Source of the DNA: Pseudomonadota bacterium
Lineage (GTDB): Bacteria > Bdellovibrionota_G > JALEGL01 > DATDPG01
Assembly (NCBI GenBank): GCA_043804515.1
Contig: JAZDIZ010000036.1
Span: 1 to 14,128, forward strand
DNA: 14,128 nt
Reading direction: 5' to 3'
Part shown: positions 1 through 7,353 of the stretch, piece by piece
Layout of the letters: every line of letters begins with the position of its first letter
Position numbering within the stretch: position 1 is the first letter of the stretch
The notes under the pieces: generated by a model
The model's input: the letters and a program-made list of their open reading frames with translations, nothing else
What the model was told of the DNA's origin: nothing
Databases searched by the model: none
Translations under genes and position numbers: made by a program

Positions 1-2
1 GC

Positions 3-2192
3 ATCATGTCGGTGCATCAATCCGCCGGAGATTACGGTTCCAACAATTTGGAATGCAGATTCGGCCCGAGTCAGGATTCTTGCCCCGGATTCATGACATG
101 CGGCGGGGGTGGGACTTCCGGAATCTGTGGTTGTACGCCGCAATCGAATTATCCGACGGACGCCTGTGGCGTGTATTCAGACGGGTGTGGAGGGTACGTC
201 GATTTTGGCGGTTGTCCGAGCGGACAAATTTGCGGAGGCGATCGCATATGCCACACCGAGGCTTCCTATCAGGCCATTGGGTGCGGACCCCTTCAGTCGA
301 ATAGGTTCTACAAATTCACGGGCGCCAGTATACCGGGGACCTGCTTCTCGATTTCGGGATCCAACATCGTCCTGGACGGAGACGGAAAGACGCTGACGGC
401 GAACTGGGCCTTTGAACTCTTGGACGGCGCCAGCAACATCGTCATCAAGAATTTCGTTATCGATGCCAACATCGGCGTGGCGGTGAACAACAACTATGAA
501 CGTCCGAGCGACTGCACGGGCCTTCCGCAGGATATCCGGATTCAGGGGAACCGATTCCTGCGGGGAGGAATCGGAATGGGAACGTCGACGTCGGCGGCGT
601 GCCGCTTATCCATTGAGGGGAACCGGATCGACACCGGTTCAATCGACCTCGGCCATTACGCGTATCAATCCGGTGTCGGGGGGTACGTCCTGGCGGATAA
701 CGTGATCGAGACCCCTTACACAGGCGTTCCCGGTGCCGTAGGCGATGTTTTCTCACTTTGGAATCTTTGGGACGTCCTCGTTCTCAACAATGCGGTCAAA
801 GGAATCGCGGGCATCGGCGGTGTTCAGCGGGTAGCCGTTCTGGACAACCGATTCCACGTCACAGCCCCGATTCCGGCACAAGATACCAACGGCAAGTCGA
901 TGTTGAAGCTGGCCGGATTCTGGCGAAGCCGGTTTGCCGGGAATTACGTCCACAACCAGATCAGTCAACCGCAAACCGACTTTCAGTTCGCCATGAATAC
1001 GTACGGGACGCTGATGAGCGAGTTCGACTGGAATACGATCATTCAACAGGTACCGGATCAGTACCCGGGCAGCGGTCAGATCGGGATCAACTTCCGGTCC
1101 GGTGGAAACGACAACTTCCTCTATAAGAACTACATCCGGGTGGACGGCGGGGGTGGGCGGGGGATCGAGCTGTTGGATGCGAGTTCTCCCTGCGTGGTCG
1201 ACGTCGATACGGGTCAAAAAAGCGATGATTGCCTTCCTCACCGGTTCGTCGTGGATTCCAACATCATCATTTCCACGACCATCGGCGTCTACCATTGGGG
1301 CGACGGCGGCAACCATCTGCTCCGGAACAACGTGATCGTGGGGCCCGCGCCCGTCGTCATCGGCTACGCCTGCGAGCAGCCGTCCACGTACGTTCACAAT
1401 GTTCTGGACAACAACGGTGCCGAAACGATCTTCGGTGAGTGTGGACTGACGCTCTCCAACAACATCCGATACACCTCGTCCATGAGCGGTTGGTTCAGGA
1501 ACCGGGCCGCTCAGGATTATCACCTGGTATCGGGGAGCGGCGCGATCGATCAGGTGAGCGCCGACCCCTTGGCGCTGCTGGACGCCGACGGGATTCCCAG
1601 GCCGGCGGGCGCACGCGCGGATTTGGGTGCTTACGAGTTCATCAACGACTCGCAAGCTCCCGCGGCGCCGACGAATCCGGCCGCCGTTCCCATGAGCTGG
1701 AGTCGGCTCCAGCTGAGCTGGAATCCGGCTTCCGACAACGACGCGATCTCCGCCTACAAGATCTATCGATATTCGTCTTCTTCCGGAACCTTTGAATTCC
1801 TAAAAAAGGTCCCTTCCATTCAAATGACCGACTTCGGTTTGGATCGGGATACGGTTTACCGCTACAAGGTTTCGGCAGTGGACCGATCGGGGAATGAATC
1901 CCCTCTTTCGGCCGAAGTCTCGGCCAGAACGTTCTCCGGATTCGCCGATCCACCACAGAGCACGCCCACACCGACGCCTACGGCGGCGACGACGAGGACA
2001 CCCACGCCCACTCCGGCGCCCACGACGGCGTCAGGCACCCCTGCGAATTCGTTGGCTTCCGGAGGCGCTGTAGTCGGGGTCTCCGACGGCGCCTGCGGCA
2101 TAGTGGACCCCGGCTTTTCAGGCGGCGGATGGTTTCTCTTGACCTTCGTCCTGCTCGCGCTCGGGCGCCGAAGACTTCCCCGGGCCGCGTGA
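3..2192 (+). CDS. Surface protein, probably 5'-truncated: Cys-rich DGCGG-type module, right-handed parallel beta-helix (pectin-lyase-like/NosD-like), choice-of-anchor-Q-like cap, FN3 domain, Pro/Thr linker, MYXO-CTERM-like C-terminal sorting signal
   Basis: ORF 6..2192. The frame is open to the window edge and no signal peptide follows Met at 6. Asn-ladder repeats (IQGNRF, IEGNRI, LADNVI, VLDNRF, LRNNVI); DYHLVSGSGAID...DADG.PRP.G...DLGAYEF cap; FN3 motifs LSWNPASDN..AYKIYR and YRYKVSAVDRSGNES; TPTPTPT linker; tail GACGIVD...WFLLTFVLLALGRRR. Confidence 0.85.
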   Translation: MMSVHQSAGDYGSNNLECRFGPSQDSCPGFMTCGGGGTSGICGCTPQSNYPTDACGVYSDGCGGYVDFGGCPSGQICGGDRICHTEASYQAIGCGPLQSNRFYKFTGASIPGTCFSISGSNIVLDGDGKTLTANWAFELLDGASNIVIKNFVIDANIGVAVNNNYERPSDCTGLPQDIRIQGNRFLRGGIGMGTSTSAACRLSIEGNRIDTGSIDLGHYAYQSGVGGYVLADNVIETPYTGVPGAVGDVFSLWNLWDVLVLNNAVKGIAGIGGVQRVAVLDNRFHVTAPIPAQDTNGKSMLKLAGFWRSRFAGNYVHNQISQPQTDFQFAMNTYGTLMSEFDWNTIIQQVPDQYPGSGQIGINFRSGGNDNFLYKNYIRVDGGGGRGIELLDASSPCVVDVDTGQKSDDCLPHRFVVDSNIIISTTIGVYHWGDGGNHLLRNNVIVGPAPVVIGYACEQPSTYVHNVLDNNGAETIFGECGLTLSNNIRYTSSMSGWFRNRAAQDYHLVSGSGAIDQVSADPLALLDADGIPRPAGARADLGAYEFINDSQAPAAPTNPAAVPMSWSRLQLSWNPASDNDAISAYKIYRYSSSSGTFEFLKKVPSIQMTDFGLDRDTVYRYKVSAVDRSGNESPLSAEVSARTFSGFADPPQSTPTPTPTAATTRTPTPTPAPTTASGTPANSLASGGAVVGVSDGACGIVDPGFSGGGWFLLTFVLLALGRRRLPRAA

Positions 2193-2329
2193 CAGAGAGA
2201 AGAACGCGCAGCCTCCTTCTCCCGTCGTCACCTTCCCTGCCGGCGTGCCGTTCTTTATCTATGGGGTCTGCAACAAAAAGCGGTCGGTCGGCCTGCCCTG
2301 AATCTACGACCGTACCTGCCACGGATCTC

Positions 2330-2359
2330 CCTCCGTCCCCGTTCTCTTCCCCGTTCTCT
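2330..2359. repeat. REP-like motif copy (CCTCCGTCCCCGTTC) followed by a 12-bp tandem duplication (TCCCCGTTCTCT x2)
   Basis: Same core as the copies at 7354, 7459 and 10361. Tandem units at 2336-2347 and 2348-2359. Lies in the convergent intergenic gap. Confidence 0.55.
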
Positions 2360-2362
2360 GAG

Positions 2363-4600
2363 TCAGATTCGGGATCTGCGGCGGCGGATCAGCGTGAGCA
2401 CGGACAAAAGCCCCAGCCAGAGTGCGCCGGAGCCTCCGCCGTCGACGGTGCCGCATCCACCGGATACGCTCACGGGATTGCTCGATGCCAGTGTCGAGTC
2501 GCCGAGTCCCACGATTTCAACCATCGAGGAATCCGTGTCTCCGAGATAGGTGAACGTTCCGTCATTCTCGAGTCGGACGTCGACCGTCACCGATTCGTTG
2601 GTGGGGGACGCCGCGAAGATCCAAAGCTCGACCCCGAAAGACAACGGCAGTTCGACCGAATTCGCTCCCGCGGCATCGCCGTTGACCGACAAAAGCGCGT
2701 TTTGGGCGAACTGGTTGTCGTCGCTGTTGTAAGCGCCGATCTGGACATCAAGCGAGCCGGCGTCCAAACCGTATGGAGACGAACCTGTCAGGACGGAAAT
2801 TCGGATCTTGAGCTTTCGGTTGACCTGAACCGAGTAAGGAGCGCTGTACCCCGTCGCGCCGTAGCTGTCCGTGGCAGAGGCGATGGCTTGGAACGAACCC
2901 GGCGCGTACGTGTGTTTAACTGAGGTTCCGCATGTCGCAGGGGACGAACCATCTCCGAAGTCGATGAAACAGGAGACGATCGTCCTACCTATGGAAGCGG
3001 ATGCCGAGGCCGAAAACGCCACGATACCGGACGAACCTTTGACGGCCGCAAAGCTCAAGGTCGGAGGATTGCTGGAGCCGGCGGGAGCGGTTGGTGTCGC
3101 CGTAGGCGTGACGGTAGGTGTGCCCGTCGGAGTCGCCGTTGGAGTTGCCGTCAACGTGGGGTCGGGACCATCGTGGTTCGGGACGCCAAAACCTAACGAG
3201 GGGCTGTTGGCCAGCTGATCGAAATTACCCAGAAGGGGTGGATTCGCACTCCGATCCACATGAGGGTCCACAAAGAGAGGCTTGAGGGCCACGGGACAGG
3301 CGGATTCCGAGTAGTTGTAATTGTGATTCGCATCCACAGAGCACGACGACGCATAGTTGGTCTCGTAAAAGAGGTTGTCCGAGGGGCGGACATGGTCCGA
3401 ATTGTTCCCCATCCAGAACGGTTCGCGCCGCGTGATGATCGTGTTTCCGATGAAGTCGAAATACGCTCCGTCGATGAGGGTCGCGGCAATATTCAGAACC
3501 GGAAGGCCGATTTCCTGCCCGTCGTCCCGGATCACGGGCAACTGATAGAACAAATTGTGCTGGAACGTGTTGATTCCCTCGGCCGGACCGATACTGCCGG
3601 GATGAGTGATGACGAAGGCGCCGTTTGCATAGATCCGGTTGTCTTCGAAGGTGATATTCCGGGCTTTGTCCCTAAGGGTGATCATGCTGTAGAGGTACGT
3701 CTGGCCGTTCACGAGTTTGGCAGGAGTGACCCAGTCCATCGATAACGTGTTACGGCGGATGATGTTCCCGACCGAACCGTACATGGGCATCATGCCGGTC
3801 CCTTCGGCTACACAGAGCGTATGAGTCATCCGGACGACGTTGTCCTGAAAGATCGTTCCCTGATCGTAAGCAAAATCGATGAACCGCCCGGCGTCGACGG
3901 AATCTCCGAGAAAGAAGCTCTTTTCGAATGTGTTGTTTGTAGGAGTGCCGCCGAGTTCGTTCGATACGAGCACTTGGCGAACGACGTTACTCTCGAAGCG
4001 ACAGCCCGAAACGAGGTTGCCGGAACTTCCCCATAGGGTGATCCAGGCCCCCTTGCAGGTGCAGTTTTCGGAGGCGTCGCAGGTTCCCAGGATTTGGTGG
4101 TTACCCCCGGACCAGATCTCGATCCCGCCGGACGTGCGGACGTCCTGGAGGGTCGCACGAAGATACCCGGCGACACACGTCGAGGAACCCGGCGGATCCC
4201 AGGTCTTGCACTGGATCTTGATCTTGCCCTGGATCTCGACGGACCCGCCGTACAGCGTGACGTTGTCGGCCGCGATCGTGATTTCGCCGCTCGCTCCCGC
4301 TACGCCACCGCCGAGACAGTACGTATCCCCCGGCTGGCCGAGCGTTGCCGGAAGGACGCTGATGGTGTGATCGCAAGCGATGGATGCGGCCGATACGGCT
4401 GAAGGAGAGGCAGTCCGCCCGGACGCGGGATCTTTTTCTCCGGAGGCTGTCATGGAACTGGAACACCCCGCGAGAAGGAGGAGAACAAGGCCGGGGGAGC
4501 CAAGCCATCGCGAGGTCAGGGCAGGCCATCGGCGGCCTCCCTGGAAGAGACGGGCCAGGGACATCGTCACGAGAGACGGGGGACGAATGCTTTGGAGCAT
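2363..4600 (-). CDS. Lipoprotein with parallel beta-helix, Pro/Thr linker, PKD domain, an unassigned beta-rich domain and a MYXO-CTERM-like tail
   Basis: Lipobox LLLLAGC; beta-helix repeats (VSGCRF, FEKSFF, FQDNVV, IRRNTL, FEDNRI, FQHNLF); TATPTATP linker; PKD motif FSASAS...IDFGDGS...HTYAPGSF..IASATDSYG; tail GGCGTVDGGGSGALWLGLLSVLTLIRRRR. Alternative start ATG at 4564. Confidence 0.85.
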   Translation of the reverse strand: MLQSIRPPSLVTMSLARLFQGGRRWPALTSRWLGSPGLVLLLLAGCSSSMTASGEKDPASGRTASPSAVSAASIACDHTISVLPATLGQPGDTYCLGGGVAGASGEITIAADNVTLYGGSVEIQGKIKIQCKTWDPPGSSTCVAGYLRATLQDVRTSGGIEIWSGGNHQILGTCDASENCTCKGAWITLWGSSGNLVSGCRFESNVVRQVLVSNELGGTPTNNTFEKSFFLGDSVDAGRFIDFAYDQGTIFQDNVVRMTHTLCVAEGTGMMPMYGSVGNIIRRNTLSMDWVTPAKLVNGQTYLYSMITLRDKARNITFEDNRIYANGAFVITHPGSIGPAEGINTFQHNLFYQLPVIRDDGQEIGLPVLNIAATLIDGAYFDFIGNTIITRREPFWMGNNSDHVRPSDNLFYETNYASSCSVDANHNYNYSESACPVALKPLFVDPHVDRSANPPLLGNFDQLANSPSLGFGVPNHDGPDPTLTATPTATPTGTPTVTPTATPTAPAGSSNPPTLSFAAVKGSSGIVAFSASASASIGRTIVSCFIDFGDGSSPATCGTSVKHTYAPGSFQAIASATDSYGATGYSAPYSVQVNRKLKIRISVLTGSSPYGLDAGSLDVQIGAYNSDDNQFAQNALLSVNGDAAGANSVELPLSFGVELWIFAASPTNESVTVDVRLENDGTFTYLGDTDSSMVEIVGLGDSTLASSNPVSVSGGCGTVDGGGSGALWLGLLSVLTLIRRRRSRI
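2372..2461. repeat. Direct repeat copy 1 (90 bp, 86/90 identical to 4749-4838), encoding the C-terminal sorting tail
   Basis: Manual alignment gives identical blocks of 28, 22, 25, 6 and 5 nt separated by 4 single mismatches. Confidence 0.95.
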
Positions 4601-4615
4601 ATGGGTAAAGATGGA

Positions 4616-4630
4616 GCAATTCTCAGGCCA
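4616..4630 (-). promoter_or_regulatory. Sigma-54 -24/-12 promoter of CDS 2363-4600
   Basis: Minus strand reads TGGCCTGAGAATTGC(T), i.e. GG-N10-GC, matching the TGGCAC-N5-TTGC consensus. It ends 16 nt before ATG 4600. Confidence 0.75.
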
Positions 4631-4657
4631 GGGGGGGGCGCAACAAAGGTCGAGTTA

Positions 4658-4670
4658 TTTCAGGAACTTA
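4658..4670 (+). promoter_or_regulatory. Putative IHF site
   Basis: TTTCAGGAACTTA is one mismatch from WATCAR-N4-TTR and sits at a position equivalent to the perfect site at 7265. Confidence 0.5.
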
Positions 4671-4686
4671 TGCGTCTCAGATCGTA

Positions 4687-4727
4687 CGCAAGGTTTTACC
4701 TTTCTTCCCAAGCCTGCACATTTTGCG
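4687..4727. promoter_or_regulatory. Putative upstream activator sites (CGCAA-N3-TTGCG-like pair)
   Basis: CGCAAGGTTTTAC (4687-4699) and TGCACATTTTGCG (4715-4727); a matching pair lies at 7302-7334. Confidence 0.45.
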
Positions 4728-4739
4728 TAGCTGCCGGTG

Positions 4740-7208
4740 TCAGACGCCGGATCTGCGGCGGCGGATCAGCGTGAGCGCGGACAAAAGCCCCAGCCAGAGC
4801 GCGCCGGAGCCTCCGCCGTCGACGGCGCCGCAACCACCCGAAACGGAGATCGGATTTGCGGAAGCCAACTCCGAATTGCTCCGACCGGGGAGCGGCGTGG
4901 GAGTGGGAGGAGGCGGCCCGTCCGTGGTGGTTGCGGAAATCGCGGCGGACAGAGCCGATTCGTTTCCCGCCGCGTCGACCGACGTCACTTTGTACGAATA
5001 GGTTGTGTTGGGCGAAAGTTCCGTATCCGACGTGCTCGGGACGAGGACTTCCCGAACGAAGGAATACGTGTCGCTTCCCGCCAGTGCCCGGTACACGCGG
5101 AAACGGGCCGCAGTAACGTTATCGAAATCCGCGTCGGCCGGCCGGCCGATCATCTCCCACGAAAGGTTGATCTGCGACCCGCTCGCCGCCTTGGCCGTCA
5201 GATATTGGGGAATCGGAGGAGGCGTCGTGTCGCCCGCGTTGCGTCCGTCCGGATAGAGTCCCGCCGCCAGGGAGACCTGCCCCTCCGTGTCGTCGGAATT
5301 CAGAACCGAAATGCGATAAACAACCGTCGCCGCGTCGGCCGGGGCCGTATCCGTATAGAACCGGTTGGGTGTGTCCGTCCCCTCATCCCAATCCGCCCCT
5401 GCGGAATTCCCCCTGTTCCATTTCCTGTGGACGCGATAGGTCAGGCCGGCGACGCCGGTATCCGGCGAAAGCGTAATGCTAACCGGGTCCGAGGGTGCCG
5501 AAAAGTTCCCGGAAAGGTCTATGGCTTGAATCCGGTACGTGTACGTGTCGCCCATCGGCGCCCAAGCGTCGATGAACGTCGTTTCCTCGAATATATAATT
5601 ACCCGTTGTTGGGTCCAGGTATCGGGTCCCTGCCGATTCCGAGAAATACTCCACCTCTCTCGAAAACGGATTCGTTCTCAGAATACGGTAGGCGGCGACT
5701 CTCCGGTTGTCCGTGGATGGGGACCACGAGACCCGGATCTCCTGCGAAAGATCCCATTTCAGGATCACGGATCGATCCACCGGGGTTGTGGCGAAGAGGC
5801 CCACGGGCATGTACCGGGGACGGGCCGTGGCGGTGACGCCGGAGGGCGTCGACGGGGCCGTGGTGTCCGCGACGGTCTGAAGGGCCCCCAGATCGGTCCT
5901 GTTTTCGCCCACGCCGATCGCCGGGCTTCCGCTTGTGAGACTGAAGTCTGGGACGGCGGGATTTACGAAACCGGCGTCCGTCGCGCCACAGGTCAGGTTC
6001 GGAGCTTGTGGCGCGCCGAACGAGGTCCCGTAATCGGAACTCTGCGGGGCGGCAAAGATGTTGTTCTTGGCGAACCAGGACCCTCCCAAGCCGCCGGAGA
6101 AGGCGAATTCAGCGCCGGAATAGACCGTATTGTTCACGAAGTTGAGGTGGTTCCCTTCGTAAACCCCGAACGTAATCACGGCCGGCTTCGTGTCCGCGGC
6201 AATGACGTTCGAGACGAACGAGTTGACCGGCCCGGTGCTCTCCAGCCAGACCGCCGACCTGTCCGCGATCACGGAGGCGTAAATTCTGTTGTTCCGGAAC
6301 ATGATATCGGAAAGGCCGTCCGGCTGCGCCCCGGAAACCATGGCGACGGTGAAGCAGAGCCCGGAGGATTCCATGATGTTGTTTTCGAACAGGTTGTTCG
6401 TGGAGGCGTCCCGGGAGTACACCGCGTAGCCCCCCGTGACGGAGTCGCACATATTTCTGAACGTGTTGCCGCGGAAGATGGTGCGCGCGACCGTGTACAT
6501 GGGCAAAAGGATGTCCCCTCCACTGGCCGTGTGGGCGTTCAAAATCTCGATCGTGTTGTTCTCGAGGACGTTGTCGCTCGTCCCCGCCATGCCGAAGAAG
6601 CGCTCGTCGTTGCCGAAGTGGGTGGCGTCCTCCGTCTTGCTGATCGAGTTGCCGACGAAACGATTGTGGTGGGAACCGCCCGAGAAACCGCCGGCGCCGC
6701 CCGCCGGAGCCGGATCGAAGATGTTGTCCTGAATGAGATTGTGCGACGAGAGGTAGTCCACGCCGACCCCTCCTGGCGCCCGCGAATTCAGAATGCGGTG
6801 CTGGCCTCCGCCGGCCAGACCCAACCCGTCCGAGAAGCGGAGGTTCTTTAGCGTCACGCACCGTCTTTCCGTGAGAGTGATTCCGGGCACGGTCAAATCC
6901 GCGTCCCGGCCCGGACCGACGATTTTCACGTTGTCCGTGGTGACAGTGATCGCGCCGTCTCCGGTGACGGTGGGGGATGCGGAGAAGCAGTAGGTCTTGT
7001 CCGGAGTCGAAACCGTCGCGGGCAGCGATGTGATCGTAACATCGCAGTCGTCGCTTCGTTCCGCGCAAGACGGGCCGGCCAGGGAATAGATCGATCCCTC
7101 CGGAAAGCGATCACCCTTGGATTCCGAAATCGAGGAGCCTTTGCCGCTGCAGTGAACCAACGCGAAAGCGAGAAGGATGAAGAGCGCGCGATCGGCCTTG
7201 AGACGCAT
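4740..7208 (-). CDS. Probable lipoprotein with parallel beta-helix, choice-of-anchor-Q-like cap, three FN3-like domains, Pro/Thr linker and a MYXO-CTERM-like tail
   Basis: Start placed at ATG 7208 (MRLKADRALFILLAFALVHC, lipobox-like LVHC) rather than TTG 7253, because a sigma-54 promoter lies at 7225-7239. Beta-helix repeats (IQDNIF, FVGNSI, LENNTI, FRGNTF, FENNIM, FRNNRI); DFSLTSGSPAIG..DLGA; FN3 motifs YTYRIQAIDLSGNFS and YSYKVTSVDAAGNES; tail GGCGAVDGGGSGALWLGLLSALTLIRRRR. Confidence 0.85.
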   Translation of the reverse strand: MRLKADRALFILLAFALVHCSGKGSSISESKGDRFPEGSIYSLAGPSCAERSDDCDVTITSLPATVSTPDKTYCFSASPTVTGDGAITVTTDNVKIVGPGRDADLTVPGITLTERRCVTLKNLRFSDGLGLAGGGQHRILNSRAPGGVGVDYLSSHNLIQDNIFDPAPAGGAGGFSGGSHHNRFVGNSISKTEDATHFGNDERFFGMAGTSDNVLENNTIEILNAHTASGGDILLPMYTVARTIFRGNTFRNMCDSVTGGYAVYSRDASTNNLFENNIMESSGLCFTVAMVSGAQPDGLSDIMFRNNRIYASVIADRSAVWLESTGPVNSFVSNVIAADTKPAVITFGVYEGNHLNFVNNTVYSGAEFAFSGGLGGSWFAKNNIFAAPQSSDYGTSFGAPQAPNLTCGATDAGFVNPAVPDFSLTSGSPAIGVGENRTDLGALQTVADTTAPSTPSGVTATARPRYMPVGLFATTPVDRSVILKWDLSQEIRVSWSPSTDNRRVAAYRILRTNPFSREVEYFSESAGTRYLDPTTGNYIFEETTFIDAWAPMGDTYTYRIQAIDLSGNFSAPSDPVSITLSPDTGVAGLTYRVHRKWNRGNSAGADWDEGTDTPNRFYTDTAPADAATVVYRISVLNSDDTEGQVSLAAGLYPDGRNAGDTTPPPIPQYLTAKAASGSQINLSWEMIGRPADADFDNVTAARFRVYRALAGSDTYSFVREVLVPSTSDTELSPNTTYSYKVTSVDAAGNESALSAAISATTTDGPPPPTPTPLPGRSNSELASANPISVSGGCGAVDGGGSGALWLGLLSALTLIRRRRSGV
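4749..4838. repeat. Direct repeat copy 2 (90 bp, 86/90 identical to 2372-2461)
   Basis: Direct sequence alignment with copy 1. Confidence 0.95.
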
Positions 7209-7224
7209 ATGATTTGGAATGAAC

Positions 7225-7239
7225 GCAACGTTCGGGCCA
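7225..7239 (-). promoter_or_regulatory. Sigma-54 -24/-12 promoter of CDS 4740-7208
   Basis: Minus strand reads TGGCCCGAACGTTGC, i.e. GG-N10-GC. It ends 17 nt before ATG 7208. Confidence 0.78.
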
Positions 7240-7264
7240 GAAACTTGCGACAAATCCTCTTTTA

Positions 7265-7277
7265 TATCAACAACTTA
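7265..7277 (+). promoter_or_regulatory. IHF binding site
   Basis: TATCAACAACTTA is a perfect match to WATCAA-N4-TTR, has a T-rich 5' flank, and lies between the sigma-54 promoter and the putative UAS. Confidence 0.65.
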
Positions 7278-7301
7278 TTCGCCTTCGGTTGGAGTCGACT
7301 G

Positions 7302-7334
7302 CGCAAAAGTTACGGCTGGGTTGCAAGAATTGCG
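7302..7334. promoter_or_regulatory. Putative tandem upstream activator sites for a sigma-54 enhancer-binding protein
   Basis: CGCAAAAGTTACG (7302-7314) and TGCAAGAATTGCG (7322-7334) are each one mismatch from the palindrome CGCAA-N3-TTGCG, with a 20-bp period. Confidence 0.5.
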
Positions 7335-7353
7335 TGGTCGGGGAGCGCGTAAT

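Noticed and set aside
2129..2923. 264-aa plus-strand ORF sharing GSAAADQRE.GQKPQPE with the 4737 ORF
   Set aside because: The similarity is simply the antisense reading of the 90-bp repeat, and the ORF overlaps two real genes.
2372..4838. Possible DGR template/variable repeat pair
   Set aside because: Mismatches are not confined to adenines of one copy, both copies encode a conserved TM tail rather than a variable ligand-binding site, and no reverse transcriptase is in view.
4737..6851. 704-aa plus-strand ORF
   Set aside because: Arg/Gly-rich antisense shadow of the well-supported minus-strand gene; no motifs.
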